Origin: Takakia lepidozioides
Taxonomy: Eukaryota; Plantae; Bryophyta
Direction of reading: 5' to 3'
DNA: 64,000 bases
Assembly (NCBI GenBank): GCA_030704615.1
Contig: CM060732.1
Coordinates: 71,672,001-71,736,000 of the forward strand
Shown: positions 1-12,639 of the stretch, in pieces
Layout of the letters: every line of letters begins with the position of its first letter
How positions within the stretch are numbered: position 1 is the stretch's first letter
Position numbers and translations under genes: made by a program
Notes under the pieces: model-generated
Seen by the model: only the letters and a program-made list of their open reading frames with translations
The model's database searches: none
Told to the model about the DNA's origin: nothing

Positions 1-19
1 AACACAGCACTATGGGCAT

Positions 20-200
20 TCAGGACATCATACAAGGTGACCACGAACCCTTTGCATCCTCGATGCTCCCACATTTCGCATCCATGTTCATCAAAGCAGT
101 GTTCAAAATAAGATCTGGTATGATTCCAGCTTCGACAATGTCAGCATGGACCTCTTTGCCCTTTTCTAGGGCTGCCAGGATCACACACACATTGCAAACA
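20..200 (-). pseudogene. PLS-class pentatricopeptide repeat (PPR) gene fragment
   Basis: ALEKGKEVHADIVEAGIIPDLILNTALMNMDAKCGSIEDAK matches the plant PLS PPR pattern (L..GK.VH..I...G...D..L.TAL+.MY.KCGS+EDA); the frame degenerates on both sides. Confidence 0.75.
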
Positions 201-639
201 CAACATGGGTGATGTACTTCCTGTGTCAATGTACAAAGGGGGTGGCGAGGGCGGATGTGTACGAAAAGAAAAAGGGATATGAAAGAAGAGGGGCTGCACT
301 CATCGGAGTAGATGAGGGAAGGGAAGACGAAGGAGATGGAGGTCGCGTCTGACTTGCAAATCTCGCTAAGTCCTCAACCCCCTCACCGCGACTTACGAAG
401 CAGAGAGAGTCTCCTTTACTCTATAGAAAATCGACGCGTGTCATTATAGTTAAGAAATAATGCCATATAGGTTACAATTAATAAAAATATCCCTGGGGGG
501 TCCAACCCGCAGTCGTTAAAACAACTCCAAATTATCATAATATTAAAAATATCTATTTTCCTTTTTTTTGGAAATCGACGTATAAATCGGCGCCAAACCC
601 GTAGTGGTTTCGGCGACTTCTGATCTTCATCCGCCATGC

Positions 640-1563
640 CACCGTGGCCCCAATATGCCTGCGACGACTGGCAAGTCGTCATTAAGAACCTGGAGTCCAA
701 GGCGCAGTCGTTTCGGACAGAATTGCAACCGCAAGTCGGGTGTGAAAAGCACCTATTCCTTGTAGTGTCTGGGAGCGTCAAGAATCAGGAGATTGATGAA
801 GGGACCTCTGGCTGGCTGGGAACCATCTCCCAGTCTACGTCGGCATCGAGCTGCACTAAGGACTCCTGGCTGCTACGAAAGTGCAACTGGTTGTCCTCGC
901 CCGAGCCTCACCCCTTTCCTGGTCATTGCCCCCATCCTCATCTGGCTCTTCGACCACCACAAAGTAGTGGTGGTGATCCTCTTGTAAGCTGGGCACATGG
1001 TTGCCCAACACCTCTTCCACATGAAGGGCAGCAAGTACGTCTTCTACCTCCTCCTCAGGTGTATCCTCGTCTGGTCTGATCTCCTCGGCGTGCAGGTCTG
1101 GTGTCCCCGGCCTTGAGAAGCATTCTGCCGGCCCCATCTTTCCTGCCATGGCTTCTGGATTCAGAGGCCAGATCCCAGAGGTCTTGAATCCCTTGGCAAT
1201 GCTGGTTGCGGTCAGTCCTTTTTTCAATGCAAGGGAGACCCATTGGGCCAGATCTTCTTTCAACGCTCCTCTTCCTTTATGTGCTATGGTCCAAACATCT
1301 CTATATTTCCTGAAGGCAGTCTTAAAGGGCTTGAACACTACCACATCAAGGGGTTGGAGTGCATGGGAGGCGTGGGAAGGAAGTATAATGACATCAAGTC
1401 CTATTGATCTTGCTTGCTTGACAATGTCTATGGTGACTTGTTGAGTTCTGACCATCCAGAATTAGCAAATGCCTGTTTGTGACGGTAATCTCATTGCCCA
1501 TTGCCTTTGCTGGTCATTCCAGAAAATGTGATATCCACTTGTGAAACAATATTACAGTCATCC
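640..1563 (-). pseudogene. pogo/Tc1-mariner-type DDE_1 transposase relic
   Basis: WMTVILFHKWISHFL (~1520-1563), RHLLILDG, then after a frameshift LPSHASHALQPLDVVVFKPFK and GFKTSGIWPLNP in ORF 856-1455; no TIRs identified. Confidence 0.8.
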
Positions 1564-2654
1564 ATACTGCCACTATGTGATAGATGCAAGTCCTCTACAT
1601 CAGATCCTACCTACTTAGCATGCAAGTTCTACAGAGTTATACACCCCCTTTAAGAGCATCCCCACCCTACACTGAACCCAGCCTGCCAACGGAGTAGGAC
1701 GGTATACAGCTTAGAAGTGGGCTGGAAAACATCCACACCCTTGCAAGCCCCCAAACATTATATCCTGTACTTGAGGCGGGCACTGAATGTCTCTCCGAGC
1801 CCTAAACCGAGCGCAATGTTCAGGGCCCTGAACCCGCCCCTGAAATCAGGTCAACGTGAACATGCCCTTGTCGTGTCAGCAGCTTGACAACGACCACGCC
1901 TCCCCTGCCAATGGAAATGCCAGAGGGGAATGGGGAGCCGAGCTTTGCAGGGGATAGCGTGGGCGATTCAGGGAGGAGGGTGTGTGCGAGTCGAGGCTGC
2001 CCCGCCAAAGAACCTCACAAGGCCAGTATGGATCACGCTATCTTTGGCGTTACAGGGAGTCTTTCGGGCTCAAGGGTGGGGATGCTTTAACAGCTTAACA
2101 CTAGAGAGGAATGGTTGGGCAAGGCACATCCTTGAATCTGCGACCCTCTGCTCGAAGCAATTGGGCACTCCCAATGCGGCTCAAGTTAGGCCGGCTGCTT
2201 TCACTTGTACCTTTTGCGCTACCCAGTGGACATAGCAAACTGCGCTATGCACTTATCATTTCTAAGAGGGATGGGGTTGGGCATGGAGGTGCTCCCTCCC
2301 ACGAAGATAAGAAGCGGGGTATTGTCAGTTGCTTCCGGGACACCAACTTGAACCCAACTTGTGTTAAACGGTCTACCTCATCTTGGGTGAGATAAGGTAG
2401 TTACACCCAAATGTGAGCAGGTCTCAAAATGGACCCCTATTTTTGCAACGACGCTACCGTGTGAGAATGTGAGCGTACGCTCACACAACAATGATGTGGC
2501 ATGAGCCTATGCTCACGTAGCTGACGTGGCGTGAGCCTGGTCCAGGTCATGCCACGTCACCACAAAGAAGGTGGGCCTATAACCCGTGTGGAGCCTACAA
2601 CTATTGATTTCACCACATGAAGGTGAAACGGATTAAGGGTTTCGGTCTTTCCTA

Positions 2655-2942
2655 CAGTTCAACCTTCTGTTAACAGAAATTTCATTTCCTAGAACTGAAA
2701 TGAACGTTGTGTTAACACGAGGTTGTTTTCCTGGAACAGAAATCAACTTTGTGTCAACATAAGGTTGATTTGGAGATGTTCAAATCAACCTCGTGTTAAC
2801 ACGAGGTTGATTTCAAGTTCTCCAAATCAACCTTATATTAACACGATGTTGTTTTCTTAGAACTAAAATCAACCTTGTGTCAACACAAGGAGGATTTGGA
2901 GAACTTCAAGTCAAGCTCCTGTTAACACGAGGTTGATTTCCG
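2655..2942. repeat. Array of 7 palindromes with exact 42-bp period
   Basis: Central hexamers (GTTAAC or variants) at 2669, 2711, 2753, 2795, 2837, 2879, 2921; the best copy, AAATCAACCTCGTGTTAACACGAGGTTGATTT (2782-2813), is a perfect 32-bp palindrome. Confidence 0.9.
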
Positions 2943-3396
2943 AGACTGTCCATCTGAAGGAAGCTTGTTGTGTTTGCAAATGAAAAGAGGAGGACGAACC
3001 AATGCGACAAATTCGTTGACCCACGCAATGGGAAGATGTTAGAGGACATACACTGAGAGACACTGGACTTGAACACTCATTCCATTACAAGATGTAGTCA
3101 AGGAAAACACAGATTTCTTCATGTCAAGTGCATGCTGTCGATGGGCTTGTATCCCGCTGTAGAAGTGTGTTGACTTCGTTGAAACTCATAGTGGCTTGGT
3201 GAATGAAGAAGTCGCGCTTCGGATCACAAACCATCCTTCTCAAGAAGACGAAATAAAGATGTTTGCACGGTATGAACTTCCCTCTCTTTCCCAAACTACT
3301 TGAGAGCATACCAACAAAATCAGGACAGGTGCAATTGGGAAAATTGGAAACAGTGATGTCGTACATCATGTCCTGCAGGGCAGATGCGGATGAGAT

Positions 3397-4340
3397 TGTC
3401 GCGCGGCTTTTACTCACCCATCCCTTCGCTATCCGAGGTGGAAACTCCAAGATAGAAGAGTTGGAAATCTCTAAGTACTCAGCCCGCTCAGAACAATCAG
3501 TCATGACCTACAGCTAGTGTATCATGGGGGTGTTTTCTATTTGTTTTCCTTCCCGCATTCATGTTAGCTACCTTACTATTGATAATTAAGTATCAGTTTG
3601 CTTCATCAATCTATCGGATTCCATCAACTCATCCATTCATTCCACAGCTTCACTCAGATCTCTCTACACAGTGTGAGTATGAAGTGTGTATCAGATTAAT
3701 ATCTATCAAGTATCAGGCTAAAGTCCTGGAGTCTCTAATCTGCTCTACATTATAATTCTACTGCTTGCTTCCATTAAGCATCATAGATCATCCTCCTCCT
3801 ATTCCGTGCTCTCCCTCTTTCTGCTCAGAGATACGCTCTCTGCCTCATTTCCCCTCAGTGATGTCCAAAGTTCCCTTCCCCCAGAAGCGCCCAAAAATGA
3901 TCCCCCCTTTCAGTCCTTGCTTCAGCTTTATCTTCCTACCCGTTGTTCTAACCGTTTCCCTCACTAACCGTCGTCCGTGAACTAACATGTTCCATTCGCA
4001 GGTGTTGTTCCCCACAGTCGTTCCCTGTCCTGCTATCCGTTCCCTATGGTCGTGACAGCTGTGTCAAGCTGTGACTGGCTGTGTGAAACTGTGACGGGCT
4101 GTGACTGGCTGTGCGACTGTGTTTGGCTGTGTCGGGCTGTGACTGGCGGCTGTGTTGGCTGTGAGTGTCGGCTGTGGTGTGACGGGCTGTGTTGGCTGTG
4201 ACGGGCTGTGTTGGCTGTGACGGGCTGTGTAACCCCCCTCTAAAGTCACCCCTAAGGCTCCTGTTGGTCTCAGTCTGTGCAAAAATTAAGGGTACCCACA
4301 GATCCGTATAAGTGTCTAAGTCCCAGACAGTCCTCTAACA
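3397..4340 (-). repeat. 3' LTR (944 bp)
   Basis: TGTCGCGC...CTCTAACA, direct repeat of 15488-16499; contains a ~10-bp GGCTGTG(A/T) tandem tract at 4055-4230. Confidence 0.95.
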
Positions 4341-4356
4341 TTACCCCTTCCCTCTC
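4341..4356 (-). promoter_or_regulatory. Polypurine tract
   Basis: Minus strand reads GAGAGGGAAGGGGTAA immediately before the 3' LTR. Confidence 0.9.
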
Positions 4357-7300
4357 AAAAAGCCGTGTCCTCACGGTTTACTGATTGGATTAGCAAACCT
4401 TTGTGAGTGAGCACCTTTCTGACGTTGAGAGTTTCGTGGCGGACTGTGTGTACGAGCCCGAGGTCTGTCACTGGTTGACGGAGATGATTGAACACTACCG
4501 GATAAGTGAGGCCCTCTGGAGGCTGATATCGAGGTAACCTTTCAGGCATAGGAGACCCCCGTCGCTTCTTCTCTGCCATCTGAATTGCATAGTCTTCTCC
4601 CATGTCAAAAGAATCCGCTGAAGAAACAGTTGTATCAGAATCCTCATCGCCTCTCAGGTGTTTTAATTGTCGAACTTTTTGTGGAATCCTCTGGGGCATA
4701 CAATGTTGTCCTACCATGTCTGGAAGTTTATATTTTAAAACTTGCTGTAAACGCTGAATGGCAAAATTGGTGAAGACACTGAGCTCCTTGTCTGTCCAGG
4801 TGAGTGGGGTACCAATGACTTGTGAATTGTGCAAGTATTTCCATGCCACATGTCCCTTATAGAAAATCATCAATGCCGAATTTCTGTGTTGACAAATTGT
4901 TCCAGGCCGCATGAAACCATGAACGAATTTGAGAATCCTTTTGCATCATAACTTTTGCCTCATATAGGTACATATGAGGTGGCACTGAAGGTAAGACCCA
5001 ATGATCCCCACTGGAATAACTCAGAAAGCGCGATTGCATCTTTTGCTGCTCAATGTGATAACGTACCAGAAAACAAGCAGCGTAGTATAACCCGCATCCC
5101 ATGACAATACTTGCTACCTCCTTGGTCTTGGTATAAATGAATCCATGTACAACTTGGAAGGCAATTAATTCCTTCAACATTGTACCTGCCTCATGCCAGT
5201 ATTGTGCAAAGTGATGATCCTCAATTGGTCGATTGTTCGGAAGAACTTTAGTCCTAGTTGCCACTGGCAGCCAAATGCGCATGATTTGGTAGTAATGTGC
5301 CAATGACTGCGGAGGACTAAATTCTTTCCAAGCCAAATCCAACATGATGGGAATTTGGTTGAAGGGCATAATCATAGCCCTACTGTACTCCCTGCAGCTG
5401 GAGTTTTAGGTGGGTTAAAAGCAGCATTGCCCCATACCTCAGGCTGTGGTGGCTGTGGTGTGGTTGTAGTAACAACAGGGTCAGCTACTGGCACAGTGAC
5501 TTGTTGTGGTGTTGGTGGCACTGGCTCTTGTATCATTGGCATCTCCTGCACCTCCTGTGAAGAAGACTGAAAAGCCAAAGTTCTGGCTTGTAAATAAGAA
5601 GCCATTAGCTGTTCCTCAGGTATATAGACTCTTTTGTCGATATTTGAAGTGAGGTCCTCCACTTGAGTCTGCAGTCCGTCTACATCCTCCTGTAACTCCG
5701 CTATCCTACTATAGACATTGTCTATAGTAGTTGTGGCAATGTTCTGCACTTGCAGTCTGAGCTCATTCATCTCGCTTTGGGTGAGCTTTCGTGGTGCTTT
5801 GCCCTCCACTGGCCCTTGTGCTAACCAGACCTGCATAAGGTGGTTATCCACCAAGTTGCTTGTGGTTCCTCTGAGAGTGTGCTCCTCTCTTAGTTTGTAC
5901 ACATCTACTGTTGTTGTAAAGCCTCCATGCGCTTCGCATGAGGTTCAACCAAATTCGCATAGGCAGCAAGAGATTATTGGCTTCCTTCCAAGCCTTGTTA
6001 GTGACCGAGATTTCATTTCTATTGGCCATGATCGTTTGTTGCAACTCCAGGATGTGCCTCTCTTGATCAGCTTCAATCTGCCTGTATTGCTTGAAAGTAT
6101 CCTCATTGCGACAGATTGTATTCTTCATATCGACAATGAGTTTCATTTGCTCAACATTCTCTCCTCTGCCTTCGTACATTTTTCCGCTTGACTGTTTATT
6201 TCTTTTGTAGATTGGTCAAGCATAGTTGTGAGTGTAGCACATTGTATGGCCATCTGTCATGCACTGTCTGCAACTCCGTATGTAGTGCATTCACTTCTTG
6301 CAACTTGCTTTCATGCTTCACCTGCATTTGGTATAGCTGTTGCTTATGTGCTTCGTGCAACTGGTCTTGCGCGAGGCCTGCCTCAATCAATTGTTCCTTG
6401 GCCAATTGCAAAGCCGCTTCTGTATTCTCCAAGTCTTGCTGCATCTTGAGAGTGACCTTTCATCGACCTTGTTTGCACACTCAGTGGCTAGTCGAGCCTC
6501 AAACTCCTTCCTGAGTTCCTCTCTCAAGGCTGTCAATTGGGTAGTTGGAACATGGGATTTGACATAAGTCCCAACAAATTAAGTGTCCTGCCTATGGAAC
6601 TCATAAGCATTGCCTGTTGAGGGTCATCATGGTGAGGTTGCTGCTGTTCTCCCTGATCCTCAACAGTGTGATGTCTCACGAACCACTCAGGCCATTGTCC
6701 CACCAGATTTTCTTCCTGAACCACTTCATCCATCACCGGTGCTGCAGTGTCTTGACATTCTACCTGTGGTACCTCCGACACAGGTGTGTGTATTATATGC
6801 ACCTCAGGATTTCCCTTGGGCAACTGTTGCACCTCTGGAATCTCTGTCTCCTTGACCAGACCAGAATATTCATAGAGAAGGTCCCCCTCTCAATTTCTGC
6901 CACTATCTGTTCTGTAGTTGGAATATCTAACCCTTCTTTTTCCAAATCAATTATTTCTGGTTGAGCTGCATGGACAACTTGTGGTAACCTTGTGACAAGC
7001 CGATCATCTGGCTGTGATACTGAAGTAACTTCCTCTTCCCTCTCTGAAGGTCCTGCTTCTAGTAATAGCAGTTCTCTGTGCTGCTGTGCCCCTTCCTGCA
7101 CAAAACTTGGGAAACATTATCATGCGGATTCCGTGAAGCCAGTGGATCCGCCACTACAGTCTTTCCCCGCCTCTGTCTCTTATTCTCGGGTTGCCCTGCC
7201 AGTCCACCCTCACTGTGTGAAGAGCCTTGCTCTTCCATTGCAGTGGTTTCTGGCTCAAACACTCCCATCCTTTCTTTCTCGCGCATCAAGTATGCCAGAA

Positions 7301-8590
7301 TCAAGAATTATTTGAGCAATGATTGGGCCAGACACTATGATAGGAGACTTTGCGGCAGTACCCTGTAATCTTTTCATCTCCTCTACCAGTGCGTTGTACA
7401 TTATGTCCGCCCATTCTACCTCTTCTCCTCTCAGGGCTTTGAGTATTTCCTCTGTGAAGGATCTGCTCAAATACTGTTGGTTCTGTTTCATGGCAAACAG
7501 AACGTTCAATACCTGGCCTACCTCCTTAGCCCTGGGTACACGGCCTTGGTACAAGCATAACCCTGAGTTTTAAAGAAACTCCCTTCTTGGAATAAGTCCC
7601 CTATTTGCAGTCTTGCCCTGTGCTCCTCCACATGCACCTGACCTGCTGGCAATCGAAACAATTGCTGTAGGTATAGGGGAGTAATTACTAATTCAACTCC
7701 CTTCACCGTTGTTGCTCCTGTCCTTGGCTCAAAGTTCTGCAAGAATTGTAACATGTACTGTCTATGGTGCAATGTCCAATCTTTGCTTTGCAATCCTTGC
7801 AATCTCAGCTCCTTCAGTATCTGTATCGCCTGTGGGGTAGCAATCGTTTGTTTCTGCAGAATTGTGGTGCTCTTCACCCTGATTTCCTCCATTCCTCTCA
7901 CTCTCTTCATTCTAGACCCACAGAAATGTTTTGGCTGTAACAATTGAAGAAATGCCTGTAGTGCACAAAGCATAAACGTATGGTTGCCACAAAAAGCTAT
8001 GGGTAATTTCTTGTAAGCCTGCGGGGCTTGCAAGCATCGCTCAAGAGAAAAGATCCGTCTGTTCTTTCGTCCCTATGCCACTGCGTAAGTAATATTGCGA
8101 GCGTATAGTCTGTTAGTTCCTCCATAGCTTCAAAGCTATAGCATTGATGGTTTGTCCGTCGAGACGCCCGTTACTTAGAACGACGCCGACTCTTGCGCTT
8201 AATTTCCCTCCAATTTCTTGATCCCTTCTCTGGCTTTCTATTGGCTGTAACCGCTGTGACTGGATTTTAGATTTAATTTTCTTTAGTGGACTTTCCCTGC
8301 TGGACTGTCCACTAGGATAACACATGTGACAAGAATTTCGCTTTTCTGTACTTGCCGTTTGTTCGTTCCCCTTTTCGTATTCATTAATGGGCCCGCCATT
8401 CATCCAATTGACGCGCTAAGTAGGTACTTTGACGGCCATTCTTGTCCTCTTTCTTGATGACACCTGTTCTTGCACTTCCTTCTCAGCTGTGTGTCGCGCC
8501 CTGACTTCCACGTGTCTATTTTTAAACTGGTTTCCGTCCTTTCTTCCGTCGGCCATTTTCCTGAAGTTATTGTGCGTCCACCTGTCACTG
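4355..8590 (-). pseudogene. Accessory (env-position) ORF region of the gypsy element, frameshifted
   Basis: Chain of overlapping same-strand ORFs (7518-8033, 7255-7554, 7059-7304, 6793-7101, 6533-6832, 6196-6444, 5844-6179, 5372-5902, 4857-5375, 4355-4912) including coiled-coil-like parts; homologous to the uninterrupted ORF 36315-37241. Confidence 0.75.
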
Positions 8591-8614
8591 ATTCTATGGA
8601 TTGTGTAACCCTAG

Positions 8615-8790
8615 TAGGCTGTGTTGAGCTGTGACAGGCTGTGTCATACTGTGGTACGCTGTGATAGGCTGTGATGCACTGTGGTAAGCTGTGATAGGCT
8701 GTGACACGCTGTGATAGGCTAGGCTGTGATAGGCTGTGGTGATGGGCTGTGTAGGCTGTGGCCTTGATGGGCTGTGATAGGCTGTGTCAC
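8615..8790. repeat. ~10-bp GCTGTGATAG-type tandem tract between pol and the accessory ORF
   Basis: Same unit family as the LTR tract; counterpart at 38090-38210 in the second copy. Confidence 0.85.
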
Positions 8791-8859
8791 GCTTGTTCTG
8801 CCCGCCCTGGTCATATATGCTCGGCCTAGCGACAAGTGCTCCATACTCCGTTGGTAACA

Positions 8860-11800
8860 CTGGCGCAGCCCGTGACTGCTTTGCGTTTCAACATGCAAAT
8901 CATGCTGCAATGGTTTGTCATGGATACCACTGTACCCCTTCAACTTATTGGCATTGACTCTTCCCAGCATCTCTTTGTTAATGGTTTGTAACATGGCGGT
9001 GTTGTTATCATACATCTTTTGTATGACATAAGGTCCTTTCCATGGTGATTTAAGCTTAGAAGCTTTAATCTTTCCTTTCTTCTGCAACCATAGAACCAAA
9101 TCTCCCGTCTTAAAGTTTTTAACTTGCCTTCATCAAACTGTTCCTTCCTCTTCATCTGAATTCTGGTCATATTATCAGCTGCATCAGCACGTACTTCTTC
9201 CACATGGTATAATTCATGTTTCCTGACCTTAATGGAATCTTGCAATTCCATTCTCTTTCCCCATTCCGTTCTCATGGTAGGTAACAGGAATTCCACTGGA
9301 AGTAAGGCTTCCATACCATAAACTAATTGGAATGGTGTATACTTAGTGGTGACTTTATATGAAGTCTGTATGACCACAAAGCTGTCAGCAGCTTTGTATC
9401 CCAATCCGTTCTGTTTGCATTGACTATCTTAGCCAAGATAGTACATAGTATTTTTTTGGTAGCCTCTGCCTGTCCATTACCCTGTGGGTAATATGTTGTA
9501 CTCTTCCTATGCACAATCATGAACTCTTTAGTCAATAATTCAATGGTCTCATTAATGAAGTGACTTCCCTGATCACTGATAAATTCTAAGGGACAGCCAA
9601 ATCGTGTAAGTATGTTCTCATACAGGAACCTTGCTGTGGACTTGGCTGTGTTGTCCTCAAAGCTTTAGCTTCCACCCACTTCGTAGTATAATCAGTGGCT
9701 GTAATTATGTACCTGTTCCGTGTATTCTTGGCTGGTGGGTTAATTGGTCCAACAAAGTCTAGTCCCCATTTCTGAAATGGTTCCGTAGGCATTGTAGGAT
9801 GCAAGGCCATCCTTCCAGATCTCTGCAAAGGTCCTAGCCTCTGACATTCATCACAACTCTGACAATACTTGTGTACATCTTTGAACAAAGTAGGCCACCA
9901 GTAACCTGCGAGTAGTATCTTTCTACTGGTAGTCTCTTCTCCAAAATGACCTCCAGCCACTCCTTTATGAACTTCCTCCAAAACTTTATTTACTTCATGG
10001 TGGTACAAGCATCGTTTTAGTACTCCATCAGGTCCTAGCTTATACATTCTGCTTCCTACCATAGTATAAGGTAAAGCTTTGATAGCGATTCTCTTCCTCT
10101 GCTCCTTACCATAACTAGGTGGGCATTGACCATGAGTAAGGTAGTATCTGATTGGCCACTGCCAATCTAACCATTCATCTGCACTTCCTTGCACCTCCAT
10201 TACAAATAAACTCGCATCAGGTAACTGATCGTCTCCTGTGGCGTGACAAATGATCTGCCACAAGATGCAAACGGCCAGGCTTGTAAATAACTTCGAACTC
10301 AAACTCATGCAAGATTATTAACCACCTCGCTATCCTTCCACTTATCAAAGGTTTGTTCACCAGATATATCAGAGCCTGGTGATCCACAAAACATAAACTT
10401 TCTTCCCAATAGGTAATGCCTGAATTTCTTGACTGCATAAATCATTGCCAGTGCTTCTCTTTCAGTTGTGCTATAGTTCCTTTCAGCACTGTTCATCAAC
10501 CTGCTAGCATAGTACACAGGTGAATCTATATTTCCTGTAACATTCTGGGCTAACACCGCTCCCAACGCTTCTCCTGATGCATCACAGTGAACATGAAATA
10601 CTACATGCCAGTGAGGGTTAATCAGCACAGGTGTAGTTGTTACTGACAGTGTAAGTTCCTCAAACGCCTGTTGACATTCAGCTGTCCAGGCAAACACTGC
10701 ATCTTTCTTCAGAAGCTTGCTCAATGGTGCTGCTATTTGTGCATACCTTTTGACAAATCTTCTGTAATAACTGGTTTGCCCAAGGAATCTCCTTAGACTC
10801 TTAACATTCACTGGTGGTGGAGAGGCTTTAATGGCCTCTGTCTTCCTGGGATCCACAAGAAGTCCCTTCTTACACACAATGTGTCCCAGAAGCACCCCTG
10901 AGTTCACACAGAAAGTACACTTCTCTGGATTCAGGCCCAGACCTCTCATCCTGCATCTGGCCAGACATAACTCCAATTTATGCAAGTGCTCATTCTTAGA
11001 GCTGTACACACTGAAATCATCCAAGAACACCTGCATGAAATCATCCAGATACTCATGAAAAGATTCACTTATCACTCTCTGAAAGGTTGCTGGTGCATTA
11101 CAAAGTCCAAAGGGCATGACTTTGTATGCATAAGCACCCCAGTCTGTGATGAAAGCTGTCTTTCCTTGTCTTCTTCTGCCACTTGCACTTGATTATAACC
11201 ACTGAAGCCATCCATGAATGAGTACATCTCATGGCCTGCCACAGTGTCCAATACTGCTTCTGTGAATGGCAAAGGGAAAGGATCTTTCTTCGTACAAGCA
11301 TTCAGCTTCTTGTAGTTCACACATACTCTTAGTTTACCATTCTTCTTGGGAACTATAACAATGGTGACAACCAAGTTGTATACTCTATTGGGTATATAAA
11401 CTTAGCCTCAGCCAACTTCTTGATCTCTTCTCCAACCTTCTGTGCGTAGTTGGGATTCATTCTGTACCTGCCTGCTTGATTGGTACTGACCCTGGTTCCA
11501 GTTCAATCTTATGCTGACAGACTTCAGGTGGTATCCCTTTTAGATCCTCATAGCTCCAAGCAAATACATCTCTGTATTTGATGAACAAGCTCTTAGCTTC
11601 TTCAAAGAATTCTGGCTCCAAATCAGCTCCTACTTTCACCATCCTCGGTTCCTCTTTAGTTCCCACATTCACTTCCCTCACCTGCTCATCAGCTGTGATT
11701 GTCCAACCAGTCACCACTTCATCCTGTAACTCACAGTGGCTGGTTCCTCTAGGATTTCCATTTCTCCTTCTCTTTCTTCATAGAAATGTGATGGGTAACT

Positions 11801-12615
11801 GCTGGTTTCCTCTTCAGTTGGTGTTGCTGTCACTACACCACAGCAGATACCTCTTAAACAACTTAGGCTTTCCAGCCGCATCTCTGCAACCTGCTCCCAC
11901 TCTGGGTGTGCAGCAAATAGGGTAGCTTCCTGCTCCTCATCCAGTCCTCCTCTCCAGTCATACTCTCTGACTCCTCGAGGTCTTCTCGTAGCAGGTAATC
12001 TACTAGATTTCTTTGTGGTAATTTGTATCTCGTGTATCCCATTATGCACGGTTAGTAACTGAGAATTCCAGTCATGGAATACCTGGCCTGTTTCAGCCAC
12101 GGACGTCCCAATAATAAGGAGTAAGCCTCCATGACTTCATCCATCTTCAACACAGTTACTGTGATCATAAAGATCATCTTCTGTATCTGTATCTTAACTC
12201 CTCTTATTAATCCCAATGGCTGTACACTTCTTTGATCTGCCATTGTTACTGTAAATGGGGCTGGTTTCATGTTACTTAGACCAAGCTTCTTTCTTAATTG
12301 GTCTGTCATGATATTTACTCCAGAACCTCCATCTATCAGTACATCAGTTAGTTCTGTGCTTCCAATTCTCAATTGGATTACTGGCATAGAATCATCAAAG
12401 TCCATGACTGTTTCTCGCCCTTCCGGCTTCACATTATAACTGGTCACCTTGCTGTTCAGGTCTGTGTTTCCTGTCTCCTGGGCAATTCGATTGATTGCTT
12501 GATACAGCCTGTGCCTACAATAAGGTGCCACAGCCAATAGCTGTCCAATGGTAATCTCTGCTTTGGTCTGGCATATTACTTCAGCCAAAGTCTTCATTAC
12601 TTTGCATGTCTGCAT
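8860..12615 (-). pseudogene. pol: pol: aspartic protease, RT, RNase H, integrase (many frameshifts)
   Basis: VLIDGGSGVNIM (PR); FMDGFSGYNQ, MPFGLCNAPATFQR, FLDDFS (RT); CDASGEALGAVL, NYSTTEREALA (RH); HKGVAGGH...[26 protein letters not shown] (INT). Confidence 0.95.
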
Positions 12616-12639
12616 CTTCTTTCTTCCTTTTCCTCACTC

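Noticed and set aside
1570-2280. Degenerate plus-strand coding-like stretch
   Set aside because: Several stops and no recognisable motif; cannot be assigned
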